Positions 1-8,397 of a stretch of DNA of 32,000 nt are shown piece after piece; the stretch's first letter is position 1; every line of letters begins with the position of its first letter. This DNA is from Candidatus Methylomirabilis oxygeniifera. Its GTDB lineage: Bacteria; Methylomirabilota; Methylomirabilia; Methylomirabilales; Methylomirabilaceae. Position numbers and translations under genes: made by a program. The notes beneath the pieces were generated by a model. It was not told where the DNA came from. It did not search any database and saw nothing but the letters and a program-made list of their open reading frames with translations. The DNA is taken from positions 2,430,001-2,462,000 of the forward strand of contig FP565575.1 of the NCBI GenBank assembly GCA_000091165.1, read 5' to 3'.

Positions 1-1
1 G

Positions 2-346
2 AGTAACTTCAAGGCCGATTTCTTCAAGGCGCTGGCGCATCCGCTGAGGATCTCGATCCTGGATGCGTTGCGCACCGGAGAGCTGACGGTGAATGAGATC
101 AGTCGGCAATTTGGCGTCGAGCCAGCCAATGCCTCGCAGCAGCTTGCAGTCCTTCGCAATAAGGGGATTGTGGTGGCCCGTAAGGAGGGGTCGAGCGTCT
201 ACTACTCCGTGAGCGACCCGGCCATCTTTAAGCTGCTTGATGCGGCGAGAGAAATCTTTAACAACCATCTGATCGGCGTTCGCGGGATGCTTGAAGAGAT
301 ACGACTCGAACAGACGCAGACGCCCAAGCGCCGCGGAGAGAGATAG
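2..346 (+). CDS. ArsR-family HTH transcriptional regulator (5'-truncated by window edge)
   Basis: The frame is open from base 2: SNFKADFFKALAHPLRISILDALRTGELTVNEISRQFGVEPANASQQLAVLRNKGIVVARKEGSSVYYSV, a typical ArsR winged-helix pattern (KALAHPLRI..IL, SQQLAVLR..G.V..RKEG..VYY). Confidence 0.88.
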   Translation, partial: SNFKADFFKALAHPLRISILDALRTGELTVNEISRQFGVEPANASQQLAVLRNKGIVVARKEGSSVYYSVSDPAIFKLLDAAREIFNNHLIGVRGMLEEIRLEQTQTPKRRGER

Positions 347-387
347 AAACATCGCCGCAGTAAGGTTATAGGAGAACTCAGACTGAG

Positions 388-906
388 ATGTTGGCACTGC
401 TGAGAAAGATCTGGACCACACCGGTGGTGGCTGAGCCGCTGGCACCGACAGATGACGACAGACAGATCGAGGCCATCGCGCGGCAGGTCGATGATCGCGC
501 AAGACGACTCTTCGGCCGCTCGCTCCACATCCGGGAAGTGGATGCGGGCTCGTGCAACGGGTGCGAGCTGGAGATCGGGGCGCTGAATAATCCCTACTAT
601 GACTTAGAGCGGTTTGGAATGCATTTCGTCGCCTCACCGCGCCATGCGGATTGCCTGCTGGTCACGGGCCCGGTCACACGCAATATGGCCGACCCCCTCA
701 AACGGACCTATGACGCAACCCCCGACCCAAAGATCGTCGTCGCCGTCGGTGACTGCGCCAGGGATTGCGGAATCTTTGCAGGCGGCTATGGAGTAGTAGG
801 ACCGGTGTCAGCCATTGTGCCGGTCGATGTGGTCGTCGGCGGCTGCCCGCCGTCCCCGTCGATGATCCTGGCCGGGATCCTGGCAGCGCTCGAAAGGCGC
901 ATGTAA
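388..906 (+). CDS. hyfI: Hydrogenase-4/NuoB-like small subunit (HyfI/HycG type)
   Basis: Contains SCNGCELEIGAL, LLVTGPVTRNM, VAVGDCARDCGIF and VGGCPPSP, which supply the Cys ligands of the proximal 4Fe-4S cluster. Located next to hyf-like membrane genes. Confidence 0.88.
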   Translation: MLALLRKIWTTPVVAEPLAPTDDDRQIEAIARQVDDRARRLFGRSLHIREVDAGSCNGCELEIGALNNPYYDLERFGMHFVASPRHADCLLVTGPVTRNMADPLKRTYDATPDPKIVVAVGDCARDCGIFAGGYGVVGPVSAIVPVDVVVGGCPPSPSMILAGILAALERRM

Positions 907-952
907 ATAAGTATTAACAATCTCATTATTGAATCGACTTCCATTGAGAAAA

Positions 953-1021
953 TCTCCCCTCGCCCCTCTTTTTCAAAGAGGGGTTAACCCTCCCTTTGGC
1001 AAAGGGAGGTGAGGAGGGTTT
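953..1021. repeat. Dispersed hairpin element with two perfect 9-bp-stem hairpins, inside the hyf-like operon
   Basis: CCCCTCTTT-TTC-AAAGAGGGG (963-983) followed by CCTCCCTTT-GGC-AAAGGGAGG (989-1009), bounded by partly complementary TCCCCTCGCC and GTGAGGAGGG arms. Confidence 0.8.
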
Positions 1022-1082
1022 GTTTGATAATGTAAAACTATTATGGCGAGACTGTTAATATGTTCAGCACAAGGATGGCTCG

Positions 1083-3122
1083 GTGACAATGGCGCTCAGT
1101 GAAGCGGTGACGCTGAATTTACTGCTCCTGACGCTCGGGGGCTTTGGCGTCGGCGCGGCAGGGGCGGTGCTGGCAGCGCGCCACCCGCGCGTCTCGCGAT
1201 TAGCGGGGCACGCGTGCGCGCTTATCGGCGCCGTGGGCGCCCTGGCGCTCGGCGCGGCAGGCCTGGCAGGCAGTACACTGGACGTGATGGTCCCAGCGCT
1301 CCTCCCTGTTGGCGGACTCTCTCTCGGCATGGATCGCCTTAGCGCGTTCTTTGTCCTGGTAATCGCGGTCGCAGCGATCCCATCTACAGTCTATGCCATC
1401 ACCTATACCCGCGCCTATGAAGGAAAATCGTCACTGGCGGGGATGGGGCTCGGGTTCAACGCCTTCCTCGCCGGGATGGTGCTCGTCGTGTTGGCCCGCA
1501 ACGTACTGACGTTCCTGGTCATGTGGGAGGCGATGTCGCTGGCGTCGTATTTCCTCGTAATGACAGAGGCTGAGCATAGGGACACGCAGGATGCGGGCTG
1601 GCTCTATCTGGTGACAACGCATGCAGGCTTCGCGTGTCTGCTGATCGGCTTTCTCGTTATGGCGCATGGGACCGATACGATGAACCTGAGTGAATGGCGC
1701 GCCGCATCAGCGACATTAAGCGGCCCAATGCGCCATGCGGTCTTCGTCCTGCTGGCGCTCGGCTTTGGGGCAAAGGCAGGCGTGGTGCCCTTGCATATCT
1801 GGCTCCCTAAGGCCCATCCGGCAGCGCCCAGTCACGTCTCTGCCATGATGTCAGGGGTGATGATCAAACTTGGTATCTACGGGCTTATTCGGATCGGGTT
1901 CGATTGGCTCGGGGTCGGCGCATCCTGGTGGGGCGGTGCAATACTGGTCGTCGCGGCGGTGAGCGCGGTACTCGGCGTCCTGTATGCGTTGGTAGAGTCC
2001 GACCTCAAATGCCTGCTCGCGTATTCCAGCGTCGAGAATATCGGCATCATTCTGCTCGGGGTGGGGGCTGGGATGCTGTTCCAGAGTTACCACCTCGACA
2101 CCCTGGCCTCGCTGGCGCTGGTTGCGAGTCTGTACCACACCGTGAATCACGCCATATTTAAACCCCTCCTCTTCATGGGCGCCGGCGCCGTTGTGCATGC
2201 GACCGGAACCCGCAATATAGAGGAGATGGGCGGCCTTATCAAGCGGATGCCGCAGACTGCCGCCTATTTCCTTGTCGGATCGGTGGCGATTGCGGCGCTG
2301 CCGCCGTTCAACGGCTTTATCAGCGAATGGCTGATATTTCAGTCGCTGCTCCTCAGCTTCCAGATCTCGGCAACAGGAACCAATCTGCTCTTCGCGCTGT
2401 CGATCGCCGCGCTCGCGCTCACCAGTGGGCTCGCGGCGGCTTGCTTCGTGAAGGCCTTCGGGATTACCTTTCTGGCGCTCCCGCGCAGTGAACGGGCCGA
2501 GCAGGCGCGGGAGGCGCCGCGGATGATGCGCGGAGCGATGGGGATATCGGCGGTCGCATGCCTGGCGCTCGGGGTCGCGCCGGTGGGCATTGTGCGCCTC
2601 CTAAATACGACAGTAGCCGATCTGACAGGCGCGCAGGCGGATGTGCACTTCAACTGGAACGTCATTGTCGCGAATGATGCGTTCGCCGTCGTATCGCCGC
2701 TGTGGATTGCGGTCGCATTAATCTTGTTGCTCGCGCTGATTCCGATGGTCTTGCGCGTCCTCGGCGCGACCGCGGCGCGGCGCGCGTACGAGACATGGGG
2801 GTGCGGGCGCGCACTGCAGACGTCGCGCTTTGAATATACCGCGACGGCGTTCGCCAATCCGTTCAAGCGCGTGTTTGGTCTGTTGTACCGTCCGGTGAAG
2901 GAGCTGGACATACAGTTCCATCCGGAATCCCGAATGTTCGTAGAAACCATCGCCTACCGCAATGAGACGCGCTCCATATTCGAGGAGGCGCTGTATGGCC
3001 CGATGTCCAGGCTGGTACAGCGCGGCGCGCAGCGGGCGCGTATTGTCCAGTCGGGGAACGTGCATCTGTATTTATTGTATATCTTTGTGGCGCTGGTGGT
3101 CCTGCTGGCGCTGGCGGGTTAA
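1083..3122 (+). CDS. hyfB: Hydrogenase-4 subunit B-like / proton-translocating antiporter-like membrane subunit (NuoL/M family)
   Basis: 679 aa polytopic protein with NuoL/M signatures (VMWEAMSLASYFLV, GAKAGVVPLHIWLPKAHPAAPSHVSAMMSGVMIKLGIYGLIR, VNHAIFKPLLFMGAGAVVH, LPPFNGFISEWL). GTG start at 1083, with ATG two codons later. Confidence 0.9.
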   Translation: MTMALSEAVTLNLLLLTLGGFGVGAAGAVLAARHPRVSRLAGHACALIGAVGALALGAAGLAGSTLDVMVPALLPVGGLSLGMDRLSAFFVLVIAVAAIPSTVYAITYTRAYEGKSSLAGMGLGFNAFLAGMVLVVLARNVLTFLVMWEAMSLASYFLVMTEAEHRDTQDAGWLYLVTTHAGFACLLIGFLVMAHGTDTMNLSEWRAASATLSGPMRHAVFVLLALGFGAKAGVVPLHIWLPKAHPAAPSHVSAMMSGVMIKLGIYGLIRIGFDWLGVGASWWGGAILVVAAVSAVLGVLYALVESDLKCLLAYSSVENIGIILLGVGAGMLFQSYHLDTLASLALVASLYHTVNHAIFKPLLFMGAGAVVHATGTRNIEEMGGLIKRMPQTAAYFLVGSVAIAALPPFNGFISEWLIFQSLLLSFQISATGTNLLFALSIAALALTSGLAAACFVKAFGITFLALPRSERAEQAREAPRMMRGAMGISAVACLALGVAPVGIVRLLNTTVADLTGAQADVHFNWNVIVANDAFAVVSPLWIAVALILLLALIPMVLRVLGATAARRAYETWGCGRALQTSRFEYTATAFANPFKRVFGLLYRPVKELDIQFHPESRMFVETIAYRNETRSIFEEALYGPMSRLVQRGAQRARIVQSGNVHLYLLYIFVALVVLLALAG

Positions 3123-3128
3123 GGGCGG

Positions 3129-4073
3129 ATGCTCACACAGATTCTGATCGAAACGATCCAATTACTCATCGTCGGACTTGGCGCACCGCTCCTGGTGGGG
3201 CTGGTTCGGCGGGTGAAAGCCAGACTCCAGGGTCGGCGAGGGGCCGGCCTGCTGCAGCCATACGCCGATCTCCGCAAGCTTCTGGCAAAAGAGGCGGTCG
3301 TGTCGGAGACCACCTCGTGGATCTTTCGGTTTACTCCGTACCTGCTTGCGGCCACGATGCTGCTCTCCGCGCTTCTTGTCCCGCTGCTCACAACCCGGAC
3401 ACCGCTCGGCTTTCTCGGCAACATCATCGTGCTGATGTACCTGTTCCTGCTGGGCACCTTCTTTCTGGCCCTGGCGGGTCTGGATGCCGGCAGTGCGTTC
3501 GGCGGTATGGGATCGAGCCGTGAGATGGCCGTGGCCGCGCTGGCTGAGCCGACCGTAATGATTGCGATCTTCGCGATAGCCTTACGGGCCGGCAATACCG
3601 GTCTCGATGAGATCATCAGGCGCGGCGCAGCCGATTCGCTGTTGCTGCTGACCCCCGGGCATCTGCTGGCATTTATGGCGTTCTTCATCGTGGCGATTGC
3701 AGAGACTGGACGATTGCCGGTTGACAATCCTGCGACGCACCTGGAGCTGACGATGATTCATGAGGCGATGGTGCTGGAGTACTCGGGGCGGCACCTCATG
3801 CTGATCGAGTGGGCGGCAGGGATGAAGCTGCTGATCTTCCTGGCGCTGCTCTCGAACTTATTCTTTCCGTGGGGCGTTGCGCTGACGGTGACGCCGCCGG
3901 CGCTGGCGGTGGCCTTCGTCGCGTTGGTCGCGAAGGTGAGCGTGCTCGCAGTGGGGATCGCGGTGCTCGAAACGGCGGTGGCCAAGTTGCGGCTGTTCCG
4001 CCTGCCGGCGCTGCTGAGCGGATCGTTTGCGCTCGCCCTGTTGGCCGTCATCTCGTTTTTATTCGTCAAATAG
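3129..4073 (+). CDS. hyfC: Complex I subunit 1 / NuoH-like membrane subunit (HyfC/HycD type)
   Basis: 314 aa; LVRRVKARLQGRRGAGLLQPYADLRKLLAKE, MGSSREMAVAALAEPT, ETGRLPVDNPATHLELTMIHEAMVLEYSG are diagnostic of the NuoH/HycD family. Confidence 0.92.
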   Translation: MLTQILIETIQLLIVGLGAPLLVGLVRRVKARLQGRRGAGLLQPYADLRKLLAKEAVVSETTSWIFRFTPYLLAATMLLSALLVPLLTTRTPLGFLGNIIVLMYLFLLGTFFLALAGLDAGSAFGGMGSSREMAVAALAEPTVMIAIFAIALRAGNTGLDEIIRRGAADSLLLLTPGHLLAFMAFFIVAIAETGRLPVDNPATHLELTMIHEAMVLEYSGRHLMLIEWAAGMKLLIFLALLSNLFFPWGVALTVTPPALAVAFVALVAKVSVLAVGIAVLETAVAKLRLFRLPALLSGSFALALLAVISFLFVK

Positions 4074-4082
4074 GTTGGGTGA

Positions 4083-4742
4083 ATGGTGACCGAACTCTTT
4101 CCAAGGCTGGTGACGTTACTCTCGTTCGCAACGCTGGGCGCGGCGTTTCTGCTGATCGTGCGCCGGGACCTCGCCGGACAGGTCCGGATATTCGCGGGGC
4201 AATCGTTGATCCTGGCCATTACCGCGGGGGTCGTCGCCGCATTCACGAGAAGCGTTGCATTGGCCAGTGTCGCGCTGGCGCTGGCGCTCTTAAAGGTAGT
4301 CGTCATTCCGCGCGTACTCAATCGCGCGGTGGCCAAGATCGGGTTACAACGGGCCGCCTTGCCGTATCTGGGCACGCCCGCGACGCTGGTGGTGTGCGGA
4401 GGCCTGGTGGTGATCGCATTTTACGTGATGGCCCCTGTCGCTGCGTCAAATCCGCTCCCTACCGCGGAGGCTATTCCGATCGCCTTTGCCGGCGTACTCA
4501 TCGGCTTTTTTGTAATGGTGAATCGCCGACGCGCACTGACGCAGATCCTCGGCTTCTTAATGCTGGAGAACGGCATATTTCTGCTTGCGCTGCTGGCCAC
4601 CTATGGGGTGCCGTTCATCGTGGAAATGGGCGTATTCCTTGATGTGCTGGTGGCCGTGCTGATCATGGAGGTATTCATCTATCGCATCAAAGAGAATTTT
4701 GATTCGACTGAGGTGGACCGATTGGGGAGGCTGAAGGGGTAA
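4083..4742 (+). CDS. hyfE: Hydrogenase-4 component E-like membrane protein (NuoK-like domain)
   Basis: 219 aa; VNRRRALTQILGFLMLENGIFLLALL matches the HyfE/NuoK pattern. The stop overlaps the next ATG by 1 nt. Confidence 0.85.
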   Translation: MVTELFPRLVTLLSFATLGAAFLLIVRRDLAGQVRIFAGQSLILAITAGVVAAFTRSVALASVALALALLKVVVIPRVLNRAVAKIGLQRAALPYLGTPATLVVCGGLVVIAFYVMAPVAASNPLPTAEAIPIAFAGVLIGFFVMVNRRRALTQILGFLMLENGIFLLALLATYGVPFIVEMGVFLDVLVAVLIMEVFIYRIKENFDSTEVDRLGRLKG

Positions 4743-6199
4743 TGCTTATCGCGCTGGTGCTGATGCCGCTGGCCGCTGCGGCCATCCTGATGCTGGTACG
4801 CCCACGGGCGTGGCTCGAGTGTATCCACGCGCTCGCGGCGCTTAGTGGACTGGCCGCCGGTCTCATGGTTGCTGCGCGGGTATGGGGGGGCGAGATGCCC
4901 ACTGCCGTCGGGGGACTGCTTCGCGCGGATGGGCTCTCGGCGTTGATGGTCGTCGTGATCACCCTGGTGGGGGCGATCGCCGCGCTGTACGGAATTGGCT
5001 ATATCCGGGCGGAATATGACGACACCCATCTGACACGCGTACGCAGTTTCTTCGCGCTGTTTCACGTCTTCATCTTTACCATGCTCCTGGCAGTCACAAC
5101 CGATAACCTCGGTATCATGTGGGTGGCAATTGAAGGAACGACATTAGCGACAGCCTTTCTGGTGAACCTGCATAACACGCCCAAGTCGTTGGAGGCAGCC
5201 TATAAATACCTCATCCTCTCTTCGGTGGGCATTGCGCTCGCCTTTATCGGTACGGCGCTGATGTATTACGCCGGCGCCTCGCGCGCCGGCGAGATTGCGG
5301 TGAATTGGACCTCTCTCCGAGCCGCCGCATCATCGCTGAATCCCCAGGTCGTCCGGCTCGCCTTCGCCTTCATCCTCATCGGCTACGGGACAAAGGCCGG
5401 CCTGGCGCCGATGCATACGTGGCTGCCGGATGCCCACAGTGAGGCGCCTGCCCCGATCAGCGCATTGATGTCCGGCGTCCTGCTCAACGTGGGACTCTAC
5501 GCAGTAATGCGTTTCAAGGTGGTGACAGACATCGCGGTCGGCGCACACTTCGCCGGCCCCTGGCTGTTAGGCATCGGGCTGCTCTCACTTACAGTGGCCG
5601 CAATCTTTCTTATTGTACCGCGCAATTACAAGCGCATGCTGGCCTATTCAAGCGTCGAACACGTGGGCGTGATCTGCTTGGGATTAGGATTTGGGGGCTA
5701 CTGGGGCGTACTGGGCGCGCTCCTGCACGTGATCAATCATGCGCTGTCAAAGTCGTTGCTGTTTATCCTGTCGGGAAATATCCTGCTGAAATATCAGACC
5801 ACCGACCTTCGCCGGGTGCGCGGACTGTTGCGGGCGTCGCCGTTGACGGCCGGCGCATTTGCAGCGGGCACGCTTGCGCTGCTGGGCCTGCCCCCCTTCG
5901 GGCTGTTCATCAGTGAGTTTCTGATCTTTCGCGCGGGCGTGGAGAGCGGACCTCTGTGGGTCGTCATTCTGGGGGTGGCGCTGCTCGCCGTCATATTCGC
6001 CGGCATGCTCGGCAGCGTGAACCAGATGCTCTACGGAGCGCCCCCGGACAATATGGAACACGGGGATCCGCTCAGGTGGTCGCTGGCGCCGCTGGTAGTC
6101 AATTTCTCCTTATTGCTTGTACTCGGGCTGACGTTCCCGCACGCAGTGGCTGAGGCCCTCGAACAGGCGCTGAGGGTGCTCGGGGTGTCCCATGCCTGA
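4742..6199 (+). CDS. hyfF: Hydrogenase-4 component F-like proton-translocating subunit (NuoN/M family)
   Basis: 485 aa; GYGTKAGLAPMHTWLPDAHSEAPAPISALMSGVLLNVGLYAVMR, INHALSKSLLFILSGNILLKYQT, LGLPPFGLFISEFLIF. Confidence 0.9.
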   Translation: MLIALVLMPLAAAAILMLVRPRAWLECIHALAALSGLAAGLMVAARVWGGEMPTAVGGLLRADGLSALMVVVITLVGAIAALYGIGYIRAEYDDTHLTRVRSFFALFHVFIFTMLLAVTTDNLGIMWVAIEGTTLATAFLVNLHNTPKSLEAAYKYLILSSVGIALAFIGTALMYYAGASRAGEIAVNWTSLRAAASSLNPQVVRLAFAFILIGYGTKAGLAPMHTWLPDAHSEAPAPISALMSGVLLNVGLYAVMRFKVVTDIAVGAHFAGPWLLGIGLLSLTVAAIFLIVPRNYKRMLAYSSVEHVGVICLGLGFGGYWGVLGALLHVINHALSKSLLFILSGNILLKYQTTDLRRVRGLLRASPLTAGAFAAGTLALLGLPPFGLFISEFLIFRAGVESGPLWVVILGVALLAVIFAGMLGSVNQMLYGAPPDNMEHGDPLRWSLAPLVVNFSLLLVLGLTFPHAVAEALEQALRVLGVSHA

Positions 6200-7775
6200 T
6201 CTGAACGGTGTCGCCCGGCAGCTTCGCGCGACGGCGCTGAAGCTGACCGACCTTCGGGTGTACCCTCCGCGGGAGGTGCGAGTCAACATCGAACGGGATG
6301 AGCTACCTCCGTTTGCCGATTATGTGCGTGACAGGTTTTGCGCGAAGCCTGAACTGATCGTGGCGGAGGATACACGCGCAGAGCGCGGGGCCTTTACGTT
6401 GCGCTACCTCTTCGAACTCGAAGGCGTGGATCTGTTCATCGTCGCGTCGGCGGCAGTCCTGGAGAACGACCGTCGATTTCCGTCGCTTGCAACGCGCTGG
6501 TATCTGGCCAGTCGCTTCGAGCGCGAGATGCATGATCTGTTCGGCCTTCTACCGACCGGTCACCCCGACCTGCGTCGTCTGCCGTTGCATCAGTTCTGGC
6601 CCGCAGCCTATCACCCGCTGCTGAAGGACGCCCCATCGCCCCCTGCATTTGCGGATGATGGTACGCCCTTCCCGTTTCGCCGCGTGGAGGGCGAGGGGAT
6701 CCATGAGATCACCGTCGGCCCGGTGCATGCAGGCATTATCGAGCCGGGCCATTTCCGGTTCAGTGTCGAGGGCGAGACCATCGTGAATCTCGAGTCCCGG
6801 CTCTATTTCGTGCACAAGGGGATCGAGCGGCTCTTTGAGACAGTCCCGCTCATCCGCGGGGTGGAGCTGGCTGAACGGATTTCCGGCGACAGCAGCGTGG
6901 CGCACGCGCTCGCGTTCTGCCAGGCGCTCGAATCGCTGACGGCGCTACAGATCCCGCCTCGCGCGGCCTACCTGCGTGTGGCGCTGCTTGAATTGGAACG
7001 GCTCTACAATCACATCGCGGATGTCGGCGCGATCTGCACGGATACCGGCTTTGCGGTCGCAAATACGCATGCCATGAGGATTCGTGAAGATATACTGCGT
7101 CTGAATGCCCGATTAGCCGGCCATCGTCTGCTTCGCGGAACGCTGATCGCGGGCGGTGTGAGGTGTGACTTCACGGCAGAGCAGATCGCCGATGCGCGGG
7201 AGACGGTGAGGCGCGCAGTCAGTGACTTCGACGAGGTGGTGGAGATCGCGCTGAATAACGGTCTGGTGCTGGACCGCCTGCACGGGACAGGGCACCTGTC
7301 GAATCAGACCGCGCGCGAGCTGCAGGTCGTCGGGCCGGCGGCGCGCGCCAGCGGGATCGATCGGGATGCCAGACGGGATCATCCCTTTGCCGCGTATGCG
7401 GATCTGCCGCCGCATGTGCCGGTGTACAGTGAAGGCGATGTCTGGGCGCGACTGATGGTGCGGGTAGAGGAGGCGCGCGAGGCCGCTCATCTGATCATGC
7501 GCGCATTGGGCGAGATCCCCGAGGGTAAGGTCTCGGCGCCGCTCCCGGCATTGCCGGCGGGCGCGAGCGGGTTCGGTCTGGTTGAGGGGTGGCGCGGGCC
7601 GATCTGGCACTGGCTTGTCGCCGGCGAGCAGAATCGGCTTACGCGCGCGAAGATCAAAGATCCGTCATTCGCCAACTGGCCGGCGCTTCATTACGCCATC
7701 CTGAAAAACATCGTGCCGGATTTTCCGCTCGTCAATAAAAGCTTCAACCTGTCGTACGCGGGCAACGATTTGTAG
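6192..7775 (+). CDS. hyfG: HyfG/HycE-like large subunit with fused NuoC-like and NuoD-like domains, apparently lacking NiFe ligands
   Basis: 527 aa; N-terminal NuoC-like (LFVEL-type EGVDLFIVASAAVL...REMHDLFGLLPTGHPDLRRLPLHQFWPAAYHPL) and C-terminal NuoD/hydrogenase-like (GPVHAGIIEPGHFRFSVEGETIVNLESRLYFVHKGIERLFE...). Has LAERISGDSSVAHALAFC instead of a CxxC motif and ends VNKSFNLSYAGNDL. Overlaps hyfF by 8 nt. Confidence 0.87.
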   Translation: MPDLNGVARQLRATALKLTDLRVYPPREVRVNIERDELPPFADYVRDRFCAKPELIVAEDTRAERGAFTLRYLFELEGVDLFIVASAAVLENDRRFPSLATRWYLASRFEREMHDLFGLLPTGHPDLRRLPLHQFWPAAYHPLLKDAPSPPAFADDGTPFPFRRVEGEGIHEITVGPVHAGIIEPGHFRFSVEGETIVNLESRLYFVHKGIERLFETVPLIRGVELAERISGDSSVAHALAFCQALESLTALQIPPRAAYLRVALLELERLYNHIADVGAICTDTGFAVANTHAMRIREDILRLNARLAGHRLLRGTLIAGGVRCDFTAEQIADARETVRRAVSDFDEVVEIALNNGLVLDRLHGTGHLSNQTARELQVVGPAARASGIDRDARRDHPFAAYADLPPHVPVYSEGDVWARLMVRVEEAREAAHLIMRALGEIPEGKVSAPLPALPAGASGFGLVEGWRGPIWHWLVAGEQNRLTRAKIKDPSFANWPALHYAILKNIVPDFPLVNKSFNLSYAGNDL

Positions 7776-7825
7776 GCTCGTGTGTCCCGAACCTTTCACT
7801 CCTTTCAAGTTCTGTTCTGACCCGT

Positions 7826-7985
7826 CATTCCGCCTGCCTGTGCGTCTCTGCACGCAGACAGGTGCTTGACACGCCTGCCCCGTACTGGATACGGGGGAAT
7901 CCAGTCGAGCCCTCTGCATACCGGCGCCTGCCCCGGACTCCGATCCGGGGTCCGCCGGGTATGACGCACTCGCGGCAAGCCGCGG
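7826..7985. repeat. Dispersed palindromic noncoding repeat (type giving spurious PYWIRGNPVE peptides)
   Basis: CGCCTGCCTGTGCGTCTCTGCACGCAGACAGGTGC forms a hairpin, followed by CGTACTGGATACGGGGGAATCCAGTC and CCCCGGACTCCGATCCGGGGTCCGCCGGG inverted segments. Translations are non-protein-like. Confidence 0.55.
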
Positions 7986-8054
7986 GGAATGAACCCTCTG
8001 AGGATTTAAGCCTGCTGGAGGAAGTACCATCGGCTAACAACCCTTTTTCACACA

Positions 8055-8155
8055 TCATTGCAAGCCGAAGGCGAAGCAATCTCACCGTTCTTCATGACCC
8101 GCAGAGCAAAACGGGTGGATTGCCACGCTCCCGTTGGTCGCTCGCAATGACGACG
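8055..8155. repeat. Dispersed 'cattgc...gaagcaatc / ggattgc...cgctcgcaatgacg' repeat, copy 1
   Basis: CATTGCAAGCCGAAGGCGAAGCAATCTC...GTGGATTGCCACGCTCCCGTTGGTCGCTCGCAATGACG. Same architecture and orientation as the segment at 17370-17457. Confidence 0.65.
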
Positions 8156-8262
8156 CTACCGGGCCGATCTCTCGGCGAGGACTGCAAGTACATGGGGACA
8201 CTCCCCCGGAGCCCCGGTAGTGTCCTAATTTGAAAGGGCCTCCCCTGCGGGCGGCATAGGAA

Positions 8263-8372
8263 TTGCTTGACAAGTCATGAGTTCTCGTCATGTCATGATT
8301 TTGCTTGACAGGGTAGCAAGAACATATATATAAATATCCCCAACGTGTGTGACTATATTGATTCAATATACG
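8263..8372 (+). promoter_or_regulatory. Candidate promoter/operator region upstream of the pyrF-like gene
   Basis: Perfect direct repeat TTGCTTGACA at 8263-8272 and 8301-8310 (both contain consensus -35 TTGACA), an AT-rich ATATATATAAAT tract downstream of the second, three GTCATG motifs at 8274/8287/8292, and the palindrome TATATTGA-T-TCAATATA at 8356-8372. Confidence 0.55.
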
Positions 8373-8397
8373 TGATGCCTAATTTGGAAAGGGGTGA

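Noticed and set aside
3809-4642. 277-aa plus-strand ORF overlapping hyfC and hyfE
   Set aside because: Alternative-frame shadow, rich in Arg/Gly/Ala with no recognisable domain, overlapping two well-supported genes.
7862-8233. 123-aa ORF with PYWIRGNPVE and IASRRRSNLTVLHDPQ peptides
   Set aside because: Translation of dispersed palindromic DNA repeats rather than a gene; such peptides recur as annotation artefacts.
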